This document shows, one piece after another, positions 39,441-48,455 of a DNA stretch of 64,000 bases. This DNA is from an uncultured Gemmataceae bacterium. GTDB taxonomy: Bacteria > Planctomycetota > Planctomycetia > Gemmatales > Gemmataceae. Location: contig CAVVPN010000011.1 in NCBI GenBank assembly GCA_963750165.1, positions 1,856,001 through 1,920,000 of the forward strand, given 5' to 3'. The notes under the pieces were generated by a model. That model worked only from the letters and a program-made list of their open reading frames with translations, did no database searches and was not told the origin of the DNA. Numbering within the stretch: position 1 is the stretch's first letter; each line of letters begins with the position of its first letter. The position numbers were made by a program, and so were the translations under genes.

Positions 39441-40640
39441 CTGGGTCACCTTGGCGTCCGCCAGCGTCACATTATCATACAGGTCGAGCAGGTTGGACGA
39501 GCTAACGATGATGCGCAGGCGCTGGACGCCCTCGACGTTGAGGTCGAGCGGCACCGCGTCCTTGGCGGTGATGACCTTGGAGAATTTCTTGGCCCCGTCC
39601 AGCTCGATGGTGACGTGCGGCTGATAGACGCCGGCCTGCTCGGACTCCGGCGGCGGCAGGACCGCCAGCACCGCCTTGAACTTCTTGTACTTGCCGCCCA
39701 GGTCGTACTCCACGTCGGTGTACGCCCGCAGCGTCAGGCCCTTGGCGAACGGCGTGCCATTCACCTTGATGTCCTCGTTGTCCAGCGTCTTGTCCCTGCG
39801 CAGCTCCTCGCTGAACGTGTCGAAGACCCCCGCGCGCGACTTGCGCACCGGATCCCGAGCGGGCCGCAGGTCGGACAGGTACGTCAGTTTGCCCATGTTG
39901 TAGTCGAAGCGGGCGATGTTCTTGGAGTCATAGGTCAGCTGGACGCCGCCGGCCGTGGTGACAGTGAAGGTGTTGCCTTTCACGGCCACCTTGCTCGCCG
40001 CCAGACGGTTGCCCTGTTCGTCGATCACCTGACAGACGACGTTCTCGGGCACCTTCTCCTCGCGGTAGAAGATGATGCCCTTCACGTTGGCGAGCGACCG
40101 CGTCAGTTCCTTGTCGCCCAGACGGAACGTGACGTTCTCGCCCTTGGCGTCCACCGCCTTGATGGTCACCTCCAACGATTTCAACTCGTCGTTGGCCACG
40201 ACCAGCAGCCGGTCGCGCTTGGGCCGGTTGGTCAGCAGCGCCTCCCAGTCCTTGCGGACCTCCGTCTTGTGAGCGTCCTGCAGGAAGGTTACCACCTTGT
40301 CGAGGTCCACCTTCACGTCCTGGCCGGTCAGCAGTTTCAACTCCGCCTGCTTGCCCTTGACGGACACCTTCGCGCAGCGGAGGACCGACTGATCGACGAG
40401 GCGAACCTCGGCGTACTCGGTGCCGGCGGGCACGCCCTTGACCTCGTGGAGGTCCAGCGCCAGGATGTCGGCCAGCGGCGTGGTCACGTCGCCGGTTTCG
40501 GTCTTGAGCGTGACCGCCTTGTCGGTGACGGCGGTGATGGTGCCCTTGATGGTTTTGCCGCTGAGGGTGCGTAGCTCGTCGGCCTGGGCCAGCGCGGTGG
40601 CGCAGAACAGCAGGGCGAGGGAGGTGCGGAAGACAGGCAT
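39438..40640 (-). CDS. Exported protein with C-terminal NPCBM/NEW2 domain
   Basis: Signal peptide; YLSDL...RDKTLD..I..NG..FAKGL...YDLGGKYKKFKA...LNVEGVQRLRI...LADAKV. Confidence 0.85.
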   Translation of the reverse strand: MPVFRTSLALLFCATALAQADELRTLSGKTIKGTITAVTDKAVTLKTETGDVTTPLADILALDLHEVKGVPAGTEYAEVRLVDQSVLRCAKVSVKGKQAELKLLTGQDVKVDLDKVVTFLQDAHKTEVRKDWEALLTNRPKRDRLLVVANDELKSLEVTIKAVDAKGENVTFRLGDKELTRSLANVKGIIFYREEKVPENVVCQVIDEQGNRLAASKVAVKGNTFTVTTAGGVQLTYDSKNIARFDYNMGKLTYLSDLRPARDPVRKSRAGVFDTFSEELRRDKTLDNEDIKVNGTPFAKGLTLRAYTDVEYDLGGKYKKFKAVLAVLPPPESEQAGVYQPHVTIELDGAKKFSKVITAKDAVPLDLNVEGVQRLRIIVSSSNLLDLYDNVTLADAKVTQ

Positions 40641-40680
40641 GGAAACCTCGGCTCTCAACGCTCAACAGTCAAACGGATGG

Positions 40681-40748
40681 GGCGAGCGGCGCGGCGTCAG
40701 CCCGCCGTGCAGTCCCCAACACGGCGGGCTGACGCCGCGCCGCTCGCC
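40681..40748. repeat. 29-bp-stem palindromic repeat (same family as 21351-21438)
   Basis: ggcgagcggcgcggcgtcagcccgccgtg-N10-cacggcgggctgacgccgcgccgctcgcc. Confidence 0.9.
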
Positions 40749-40832
40749 ACGGGGAAACCAAAAACCGGGCTGTGGCCGCGTCGCGAGGCGGGGCCACAGC
40801 CCGGGTGGGCGTCGGACAGGGCGGGCCGCTTA

Positions 40833-41939
40833 CTACTTGCGCTGCAACTCAGCGTCGCGAATCCGCCGGAAGTAATCCTCGAACACCTGGCGGTGCTGCG
40901 GGCTCATGCCGTCGATCAGGTCGTAAATCTCACGACTGATGCGCTCCTGCTCGGCCGCCGGCAGGTTGCCCCAGCCGTCGATCATCTTGCGGACGCGGGC
41001 CGGATCGACCTTGCCCTTGCCGCTCTGACCGCCCAGCTTGCTATCCTTCATCGGCGATTTCGGCTGACCGGCCTGGTTGCCGGGCTGGTCGCCGTCGCCG
41101 GGCTGGCTGCCGTCGGGGCACTGGCCGCCGTTGGGCTGACCGGGCTGGCCCTGGCTCTGCGACTTGGCCTTGTTTTCCATCTCCTTGATGAGTTCGTCCA
41201 GGCGAGCGATGATGTCGCGCTGGATTTCCTGGGTCTGCGGGCCGCCGCGGGCCAGCTCCAGCCGCCGCTCGACGTTATCCATCTTGCGCGCGATGGCCGA
41301 CAGGTCCTTTTCCTTCCAGGTCTGCATATCCAGCAGCATCAGCGCCCCGACCGTCTTGAAACGTTCGGGAGCGTCAATGGCCTGGCCGAGCAGCCGCAGG
41401 ATGGTCCCGCGGGCCTCGTTCTTCTGCAGCAGGGCGTGCTCGCAGACGGCGCGGTGGAACAGGTACGCGGCCGGATCGACCACACCATTCACATCGACGG
41501 TCTTGAGCAGGTCCAGCGCCTCCTCATGAACGCGGCGGTTCGACAGCGACCGCGCATAGGCCAGCGCCAGGTTGTCGCGGAAGAACTTGTCGGCCTTGGC
41601 GTTCTTGAAGAATGGATCGACCTCCTTGGGAGCCGGCGCCTGCGCGTCGCGGGCCTCGGCCAGCAGGCGGGCCGCCGTGGCGTCACCGGCCTCGAAGGTC
41701 GCGGCCATCCGTTCCAGAACGGTGGCGTCCTGGTTCTTCCAGATGGTCGCGAACTGTTGCAGCTTGGCGGCGTTGTTGCCAACCGCCGCCTTGAACCACG
41801 TTTGTGCCTTGGCCTGGGCGACCTCGGGGCTCATCCCCTCCAGAGCCCGGAAGGCGGGCTTCCTGGCGTCCTGAGCCGAAGTGACCCCGCCCAGCAGGGC
41901 GAGGACGGCCAGGCTCGCGAGCCTGTAGTGCAGCTTCAC
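40833..41939 (-). CDS. Exported helical hypothetical protein with Q/G/P-rich linker
   Basis: Signal peptide; YLFHRAVCEH; MDNVERRLEL; WGNLP...FEDYFRRI. Confidence 0.85.
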   Translation of the reverse strand: MKLHYRLASLAVLALLGGVTSAQDARKPAFRALEGMSPEVAQAKAQTWFKAAVGNNAAKLQQFATIWKNQDATVLERMAATFEAGDATAARLLAEARDAQAPAPKEVDPFFKNAKADKFFRDNLALAYARSLSNRRVHEEALDLLKTVDVNGVVDPAAYLFHRAVCEHALLQKNEARGTILRLLGQAIDAPERFKTVGALMLLDMQTWKEKDLSAIARKMDNVERRLELARGGPQTQEIQRDIIARLDELIKEMENKAKSQSQGQPGQPNGGQCPDGSQPGDGDQPGNQAGQPKSPMKDSKLGGQSGKGKVDPARVRKMIDGWGNLPAAEQERISREIYDLIDGMSPQHRQVFEDYFRRIRDAELQRK

Positions 41940-41942
41940 TGG

Positions 41943-44138
41943 TCAGTCTCCCTTGGCAATGCGGTTAGTGATTTCGAAAATCCGTTCCTGACGGTTGGAG
42001 AGTTCACGCAGATCGCGGCGGATGGGCGAAGTGTCAGCCTGTTCGCCCTCGTAGGTCTTGCCATACAGCTCGGTGCGGGCGTTGACACGCACCTGCATGG
42101 CCCGGACCATCTTCAACTCCTGGATCTTGTTCAGGAGTTTCGGGTCCGCCTGGGGCGGCGGCTGGCCGTTGGACGGCGGCGACGGCTTCTGCTCCTTCTG
42201 CTTCAGTTCTTTCTGCAGCGCCTTGATCATTTCGTCGAGCGTGTCAATGATGTCCTGTTCGATGGCGATGGTGATGCGCATATCCTTCTCGATCAGCTTC
42301 GCCTCCTTGCGCGGGTCCATCGACTTCAGCTTGCGTGCCACACTCTTCATGTCCTCGCGCACCTGCTGGAAGACTTCGGGGAACGCCACCGCGGAGCCTT
42401 CCGCTTCGAGCAACTCAATCGCCTTGGTCGCCTCGACAACAATCTTCATCTCATCGTCGGACTGCTTGAGCAGATCGAGGGTGTCGGTGCGATCCGGTTT
42501 CTTGTCGTTATGGCTATCAATGGACAGGGCGGACGCCTTGGTTTCCTTCTGCACGTCCTCCTGCATCTTCTTCATCTGCTTGCAGCGCGCGATCAGGGTT
42601 TCGAGCAGTTGCTTCTGCTCCTCCTCGCGCAGTTGCCGCAACAATTCTTCCAGCTTCTGCTTGGCGAGCTTCAGGTTATCGACGGCCTTGTCAATGTCGT
42701 CCTTGGCCGGCTTCTTGTCGTTCTTGCCAAGTTTCTTCTCGGCGTCCTTCTGCTTGACGATGGCGTCATCGACGTGCCGCTGCGGATCCTTCTTCTGCGG
42801 CTGCTGGTTGTCGGCCTTGGGGCTGTCCTTCTTGCTGGAGCCCTGGTCGTCCTGGCTCTCGCCACCGGGCTTGGGCTGGCCCTGACCCTGGCTGCTCTTG
42901 CCGCTCTTGGCCTGGCCCTGGCTGCTCTTGCTGGCCTTGCTGTCGCCGCTCTTGGACTGCGACTGCTGGCTTTTCTTATCGCCGCCCTGCTGGCCCTGCT
43001 TCGCGGAGCCTTGCTTCTTGTCGCCCCCCTGCTGGCCTTCCTTCGCCGAGCCTTCCTTCTTGTTCTTGTCGCCGTCGCCGGCCTTCTTCTCATCCTGCTT
43101 GGTCTTCAGGCTGCTCTTCTGCTCATCGCCTTCCTTCTTCTTGCCACCGTCCTTGGCCTCGCCCTCCTTGCCGTTGCCGTTCTTGCTCTCCTTGGACTGG
43201 CCGCTCTTGCTCTCGGAGCCCTTGCCGTCCTTGGACTGGCCGGACTTGCTCTCGGAGCCCTTGCTGCTCTTGCTGTCGCCGGGCTTGCTCTCCTTGCCGG
43301 GCTTGCTGTCCTTGCCGCCCTGCTTCGACTGGCCCGGTTTGCTGTCTTTTTTATCGCCCTGGTTCTTGGCGTCGCCGGGCTTGGACTCGCCGGACTTGTT
43401 CTCCTTGCCGGCGTCCTTCGACTGGCCCTTATCGCCATCGCCCTTGGCCTCCTTGGCCTGGCTCTTGTCGTTCTTGGCCTCGTTGCCCTGGCCGTTCTTG
43501 TCGTTCTTATCGCCCTTGTCGCCCTTCTTTTCGTTGGCGAGCTTCTTGGCGAATTCCTTGGTGGCCTGGGTCACCTCACGCTGGTTCTCCTGGATCTGCT
43601 TCGGGTCGAGGCCGATTTCCACCTGGCCCTTGACGACCTGCTCCTTGCGGATCAGCCGGTCGAGTTCCTTGATCTTCGCCTCCAGGCTTAGCTTCTCTTC
43701 CCTGTGGTTGACGAGCTTCTTGCCGCCGCCTTCGAGCAGGTCCAGCACCTCTTGCAGGTCGCGGGCCAGCTCCTGGCTCTGCTTGATGAGGTCGCCGAAC
43801 TGGCCATCCTTGACGTTGCCGCCCAGGGCCTTGGCGAACTTGGCGAAACGCTCGGTGACGGTGCCTTCGACGCTGCGGTCGAGGGCGGCCTTGAGCTTGG
43901 CGGCGCGTTCCTTGTCAGCGGCACTGCCGCCGGCGAGGCGGTCGTGCAGCCCCTGCAGCGCCTCCTCGAACTTGCGGTAGCGCTCCTGCAGGACTTTTTG
44001 CCGCTGCGACAGTTCGCGCAACTGCTGGGCGCTTAATGGCTGCTTGTCTTTGGTCTGGCGCGGTTCGCCGGCGTTCAGGGCTGCCGCGACCGTCACGGCC
44101 GCCAACCCCAGGGTCAGGAAACATAAACGACGCAACAT
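41943..44138 (-). CDS. Exported coiled-coil protein with long K/G/S/D/Q low-complexity insert (DUF4175-like)
   Basis: Signal peptide; heptad-rich halves; central ~270-aa GESKPG/GQSK repeats; LLRQLREEE, AVAFPEV, ELKMVRAMQVRVN.RT. Confidence 0.85.
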   Translation of the reverse strand: MLRRLCFLTLGLAAVTVAAALNAGEPRQTKDKQPLSAQQLRELSQRQKVLQERYRKFEEALQGLHDRLAGGSAADKERAAKLKAALDRSVEGTVTERFAKFAKALGGNVKDGQFGDLIKQSQELARDLQEVLDLLEGGGKKLVNHREEKLSLEAKIKELDRLIRKEQVVKGQVEIGLDPKQIQENQREVTQATKEFAKKLANEKKGDKGDKNDKNGQGNEAKNDKSQAKEAKGDGDKGQSKDAGKENKSGESKPGDAKNQGDKKDSKPGQSKQGGKDSKPGKESKPGDSKSSKGSESKSGQSKDGKGSESKSGQSKESKNGNGKEGEAKDGGKKKEGDEQKSSLKTKQDEKKAGDGDKNKKEGSAKEGQQGGDKKQGSAKQGQQGGDKKSQQSQSKSGDSKASKSSQGQAKSGKSSQGQGQPKPGGESQDDQGSSKKDSPKADNQQPQKKDPQRHVDDAIVKQKDAEKKLGKNDKKPAKDDIDKAVDNLKLAKQKLEELLRQLREEEQKQLLETLIARCKQMKKMQEDVQKETKASALSIDSHNDKKPDRTDTLDLLKQSDDEMKIVVEATKAIELLEAEGSAVAFPEVFQQVREDMKSVARKLKSMDPRKEAKLIEKDMRITIAIEQDIIDTLDEMIKALQKELKQKEQKPSPPSNGQPPPQADPKLLNKIQELKMVRAMQVRVNARTELYGKTYEGEQADTSPIRRDLRELSNRQERIFEITNRIAKGD

Positions 44139-44477
44139 GAGAACGGTCCTCCCGAGACCGGGGCGTTCGCGTCAGGCGCCCGGGGTTGATCTGCCCCGGT
44201 GGCCACTGGCGCCCCCATAATTTGCTGCATTCGCCAGGTGGTCGGCTCGCAGGCTGCCCCCCATGGGATGGGATCCTGCGGCCCACCGCTCACGCCGCTT
44301 GGATTCCTCCCGCCGCGTAAGCCTACGTCCCTTAAGACGAACCGCCTTACCCTTCCCAACATCTTAACCCCTGGAACGGCGGTTTGTCACGGCTGAAGTC
44401 AACTTTTCTGTTTTTCCTTGCAACTCCGGCGCACGGACGCGGCCCGCGCGAAACGTAAACGGGGTCAGCTGGGACTT

Positions 44478-44616
44478 CGTTGTGGCTTGGTCTCCGGACC
44501 AAGCGACGGCCCCAGACCGAAGGTCTCCCGGCTGCAACCAAGAGGAGACCGTGCCACAACGAGCGTCCGCGGGCCGGGCGGCACGGTCAGGAGACCGTGC
44601 CACAACGAGCGTCCGC
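44478..44616. repeat. REP-like cluster: two 28-bp direct copies and one inverted copy
   Basis: aggagaccgtgccacaacgagcgtccgc at 44543-44570 and 44589-44616; cgttgtggcttggtctcc at about 44478-44497. Confidence 0.8.
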
Positions 44617-44637
44617 CAGCTCTTTGTCCGGCAGCGC

Positions 44638-47600
44638 TTATTTGCCCTCCAGAATCTTCAAGATTTCCTCCTCGCGCTGCCGCCGCGCCCGATCAACTGC
44701 CGGCGTCGCCTCGCGCTGGCTCTCCACGATCTGCCGCAGCGCCTGGATCAGGGCCCGGTCGTCCTCCAGGTCCTTCATGGCAGTGAGCACGGCGGTCAAC
44801 TTTTTGGACAGGTCGTTGACCCGGGCGCTGGCGAGTTCGGCGCGCTGGCGGTACAGCGGCAGGTTCTTGCCGATCTCCTTATCCCACAAATCGCCCTCGT
44901 CCTTGCCAACCTTCTTGAGCGCCGCCTGCAGCGCGTCGCGGAAGTCGGTCAGCACGATGCCCGTCTTGGCCGCCTCGCCGCCCGGCCGTTCCGACAGCTT
45001 GCCCGTCAACTGCTCGTCCAGCAGGGCGCCGAGGTCGTCCCGGGTCAGCCGCTGGTTGCACACCGACCGCAGCGGGAAGATGATCTTTTCCTTCTCGTCG
45101 GTCTGGCGCTTGTCGGTGAAGTTGTTGATCTCCATCTCTTCCAGGATGCCCTCGCAGCCGGCCAGCACGCCGCGGGCCACGTCACCCGCCTCGCGCACAT
45201 GGGCGATGGCCTGGTCGAGCCGGGCCAGCGTCGCCGCCACATCCGGCCGCGACCCCTCCTTCAGGGCTGCCGCCTCGCTGTCCAGGTTGACGCGGCGATC
45301 CTCCAGCCGGTCCACGACCTCCTTGAGCGACCGCCGCATCTCGCTCTTCTTGAGCAGCATCAGGTCGTACAACTCCGTCTCGGAGATGATGAGGAACGTG
45401 AACGGCCCGGCGTCCGGCGTGCCGCGGGCGCCCGGCTCAACGTTGCTATCCTTGGCCCGGATGGACAGTTTCAGTTCGTAGTGCAGCTCTTCCTTCTCAA
45501 CCTTCAGGCCGAACTGGGCCACGTTGAAGGGGGGCTCGTTCTCCAGGTCGTGCTGCTTGAACTTGTCCAGGACGAACTGCGGCCGCTTGCCCAGTGCCTT
45601 GCTCAACTGGGCCTTCTCGTCCGTCTTGCCGTCAAGGCGGATGAGCAGGTCGGCCAGCACGGGCAACGGCTCCTTGCGCAGCCGCTTCTCCAGCTCGTCG
45701 CGCTGGCCCTTGGCCACGCTGCTGACGGCCAGCACGTCGCGGGTGAACGCCCGGAACTTCTCGGCGGTCTGGAGGTTGTCCAGGCTGCCTTTTTTCACGT
45801 CGTCGAACACCGTCTGGATCACGATCTGTGCCGGCGCCAGCTTCGCCTTCAGGGCGGTGAGCTTTTCCGCATCGTCGCTGACCTCGTGGTAGCGCCCGGC
45901 CACGTCGCGGAGCTGATCGGCGCTGATGTTGGCGGCCAGCAGCCGGTCCAGCAGCAACCGGTGGTCCGGGTGGACCTGGAGCAGCAGCGCCAGTTCCCCG
46001 GCGGTCACGTCGTCCGCATATTTTTCGGTGTAGATGCGCTTGAAGGTCGGCATCTCCTGGATGCCCTTGCCCTTGATGACGGCCCGGCGATAGGTCATGT
46101 TGGCCAGCCACGCCAGTTCGTTGAAGGCGTAGCCCGGCGGCGCGGGCGGAGTGCGCAGGAAGATGCGGCCCACGCGGCCCACGGCCTCCTTGACCTTCTC
46201 CACATCGGTCAGTTTCTGCGGCTCCTTATCCTTGCCCGGGTCCTTGGCTTCAGGCTCGACGCTCGCCACCTTGGACTTCGGCGTCTCGATCTCGCGCTCC
46301 TCGTACTCGTAGATCCAGGCGGCGCTGGTCAGGCAGCGGTCGTCGCTGAGCTTGCCCTTCCACGGGAAACTGGCCTTGGCGGTGATGAGGCGGCGGTTCG
46401 GGCTCTTGGGGTCGTGCCGCAACCGCGGCGGCAGCGCCACATCGGTCACCAGCGCGGGGCTGTCATCGACCGGCAACAGGATGAAGCGACGCTTGCCCTT
46501 GACGCCATCGACATCGCGGAACACGAAGTCGATTTCCGTCTTCTGCGTCACATCGTTCAGCCGGGCCTCGAAGGTGCGGCTGTCCAGCAACCGGACCTTC
46601 GGCAGCACCGCCAGCACGGCACCCTCGGGCTTCTCATCCTGAACGATCTTCACGGAGTCGCGCAGGTCGCGGGCGGCCGTGCCGCGGATGACGACGTTGC
46701 TGCCGGATGCCAGGTTGATGGTGCTCTCGGTGCCGCCCCTGGACACCGGCACGCCGCGCAGGATTTGCCGCTGGCCGGCCAGCTGCTCCTCCTTGCCGAC
46801 CAGGCGGTAATACAGATACGCCGGCTCCTCCTTGTCGGCGACGATCAAATCAAGGTCGGGCGGCGCCAGCAGCGTGATCTGCTTGCCGGGCGTATAGAAG
46901 TCCTCGGCGTTGAAGCTGAGGCGCGACGACTCCTTGAGAGCGTTGAGGTTCAGGGTGTACTTGTTGAACTCCTTGCGTGCCAGGCCCTTGGTGAGCTTGT
47001 TCTGCTTGCCGCGGGCGATGGCGGTGACCTCGCTGGGCGGTTCCAACTCGCGCAGCGTCCGCTCCATGCCGGGGTCAGCGGCGGTGGTGCTCACCGCGTC
47101 GAACAGAGCCTTGAAGGCGCGATACTGCGGCTCGTGGCGGTCGATCAGCGCTCGTTTGACGGTCTTGTGATCGACCTGCAACTCGATCTTGTCGAGCGTC
47201 CAGGTGTGCCAGTCGAGCAACTCGTCGATGGCCTCGCGCAGCTGCACGTCACGGCCGCGGGGGCTGTCGAGCAGGGCCCGGACCTCCGGCATGCTGAGTT
47301 CGGCGCGGATCTGGCTGCTGGTCTTGCCCTGCCAGTTCCACTCGGCGGGGATCATGCCGTTGGGCACGCGGGCGGGCAGGTCGTCCAGGTCGAAGTACCA
47401 GTGGCCCCAGTCGCGCGGCAGGTCCACCGCCAGGACGCTGGCGTCAACCAGGTTGCTGTCCTGCAAATCCTTGTATTTCAGGGCCCGCCAGCCGATCGGG
47501 GCGTCGCGGTCGGCGATGACGTAGCGGATCGAGCGCACGATCACGTCGGGCCGCGGTTCCTCGGCGGTGTAGTCGCGCGACACGCGCACCTCACCGTCAC

Positions 47601-48357
47601 GGTTGGCCTGCAACCGGACGAACTCCAGGTGGGCGTTGCGCGGCCAGTAGGTGTCCATGAGCAGCAGGTTGCGCTCGGCCCAGATGGCCGCGGTGTGGTT
47701 GAAGCGGATGAAGTAATGGCCGACCGGCTGCCCCTCGGCGGCGCAGACGGCCGTGAGCGTGACGAGGTAGACGATCAGGGTGCAGGCCAACACGAAGACG
47801 CCGAGCCAGATCAGGCGGCCCCAGTTGAAGACGCCGCCGACGGGCAGTGTTTCGACGCGCTCGGCGGCCTCGCGGATGGTCTGGTCGATCATGCCTTGCG
47901 AGAAGCCGTAGCGCTCGGCGATCTTCGGGTCGGCCATCTCGACGGCGGTGATAAGGCGGTCGCCCAGTTCGCGCGGGAAGCGGCGCTGCAGCACCAGGGC
48001 CAGGGCGGTATCGCGGAATTCGCGGAGCAGCCGCAGCAGGATTTTCGTGACCACCAGGGCGAGCAGGGCGCCGACGAGCACGACCAGGATGGCGACGCGC
48101 AGCACGTTGGCGGTGCCGCCGCCGGTGGCCTCGTTGAGTTCGTAGGTCCAGTCGAAGGCGAAGAGACGGAAGGCGCCGTAGTCGAGCGCCAGGCCGATCC
48201 AGAACCACAGCGCCAGGAACAGCAGGGCGACGGCGGCGCCCTCCAGCGTGACGTACGTGCGGATGTAGCCGCGCAGTTTTTGCAGCGGATGGCGGACGCG
48301 CAGGTCGGCGTCGCTGCGGTTGAGGATCTTCGGGGGCGGAGTGGTCACGGTCGCCAT
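44638..48357 (-). CDS. Large membrane-anchored protein (3 N-terminal TM, beta-rich middle, coiled-coil tail; DUF4175-like)
   Basis: LQKLRGYIRTYV.LEG, LDY, ALVLQRRFPRELGDRLITAVE, WPR, D.DG, SDD. Start at MATVTT after GGAG. Confidence 0.85.
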   Translation of the reverse strand: MATVTTPPPKILNRSDADLRVRHPLQKLRGYIRTYVTLEGAAVALLFLALWFWIGLALDYGAFRLFAFDWTYELNEATGGGTANVLRVAILVVLVGALLALVVTKILLRLLREFRDTALALVLQRRFPRELGDRLITAVEMADPKIAERYGFSQGMIDQTIREAAERVETLPVGGVFNWGRLIWLGVFVLACTLIVYLVTLTAVCAAEGQPVGHYFIRFNHTAAIWAERNLLLMDTYWPRNAHLEFVRLQANRDGEVRVSRDYTAEEPRPDVIVRSIRYVIADRDAPIGWRALKYKDLQDSNLVDASVLAVDLPRDWGHWYFDLDDLPARVPNGMIPAEWNWQGKTSSQIRAELSMPEVRALLDSPRGRDVQLREAIDELLDWHTWTLDKIELQVDHKTVKRALIDRHEPQYRAFKALFDAVSTTAADPGMERTLRELEPPSEVTAIARGKQNKLTKGLARKEFNKYTLNLNALKESSRLSFNAEDFYTPGKQITLLAPPDLDLIVADKEEPAYLYYRLVGKEEQLAGQRQILRGVPVSRGGTESTINLASGSNVVIRGTAARDLRDSVKIVQDEKPEGAVLAVLPKVRLLDSRTFEARLNDVTQKTEIDFVFRDVDGVKGKRRFILLPVDDSPALVTDVALPPRLRHDPKSPNRRLITAKASFPWKGKLSDDRCLTSAAWIYEYEEREIETPKSKVASVEPEAKDPGKDKEPQKLTDVEKVKEAVGRVGRIFLRTPPAPPGYAFNELAWLANMTYRRAVIKGKGIQEMPTFKRIYTEKYADDVTAGELALLLQVHPDHRLLLDRLLAANISADQLRDVAGRYHEVSDDAEKLTALKAKLAPAQIVIQTVFDDVKKGSLDNLQTAEKFRAFTRDVLAVSSVAKGQRDELEKRLRKEPLPVLADLLIRLDGKTDEKAQLSKALGKRPQFVLDKFKQHDLENEPPFNVAQFGLKVEKEELHYELKLSIRAKDSNVEPGARGTPDAGPFTFLIISETELYDLMLLKKSEMRRSLKEVVDRLEDRRVNLDSEAAALKEGSRPDVAATLARLDQAIAHVREAGDVARGVLAGCEGILEEMEINNFTDKRQTDEKEKIIFPLRSVCNQRLTRDDLGALLDEQLTGKLSERPGGEAAKTGIVLTDFRDALQAALKKVGKDEGDLWDKEIGKNLPLYRQRAELASARVNDLSKKLTAVLTAMKDLEDDRALIQALRQIVESQREATPAVDRARRQREEEILKILEGK

Positions 48358-48402
48358 GTCAGCTGCTCCAGGGGGCAGGTCAATGTCTCGAGATTCTCTG
48401 TT

Positions 48403-48447
48403 CTGCCGCTTGCGGCTCGTGGGGCAGACAGGAATGTCTGCCCCACG
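48403..48447. repeat. CTGCCGCTTGCGGCT repeat fused to the palindrome cgtggggcagacaggaatgtctgccccacg (second copy at 59250-59279)
   Basis: Identical 30-mers at 48418-48447 and 59250-59279. Confidence 0.85.
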
Positions 48448-48455
48448 ATCAGGTG

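Noticed and set aside
42780..43540. Low-complexity repeats in the coiled-coil gene as a DNA repeat element
   Set aside because: In-frame, degenerate repeats encoding a disordered K/G/S/Q linker.
44543..44616. 28-bp direct repeat pair as a mini-CRISPR
   Set aside because: Two copies 18 bp apart plus an inverted copy fit a REP-like cluster better.
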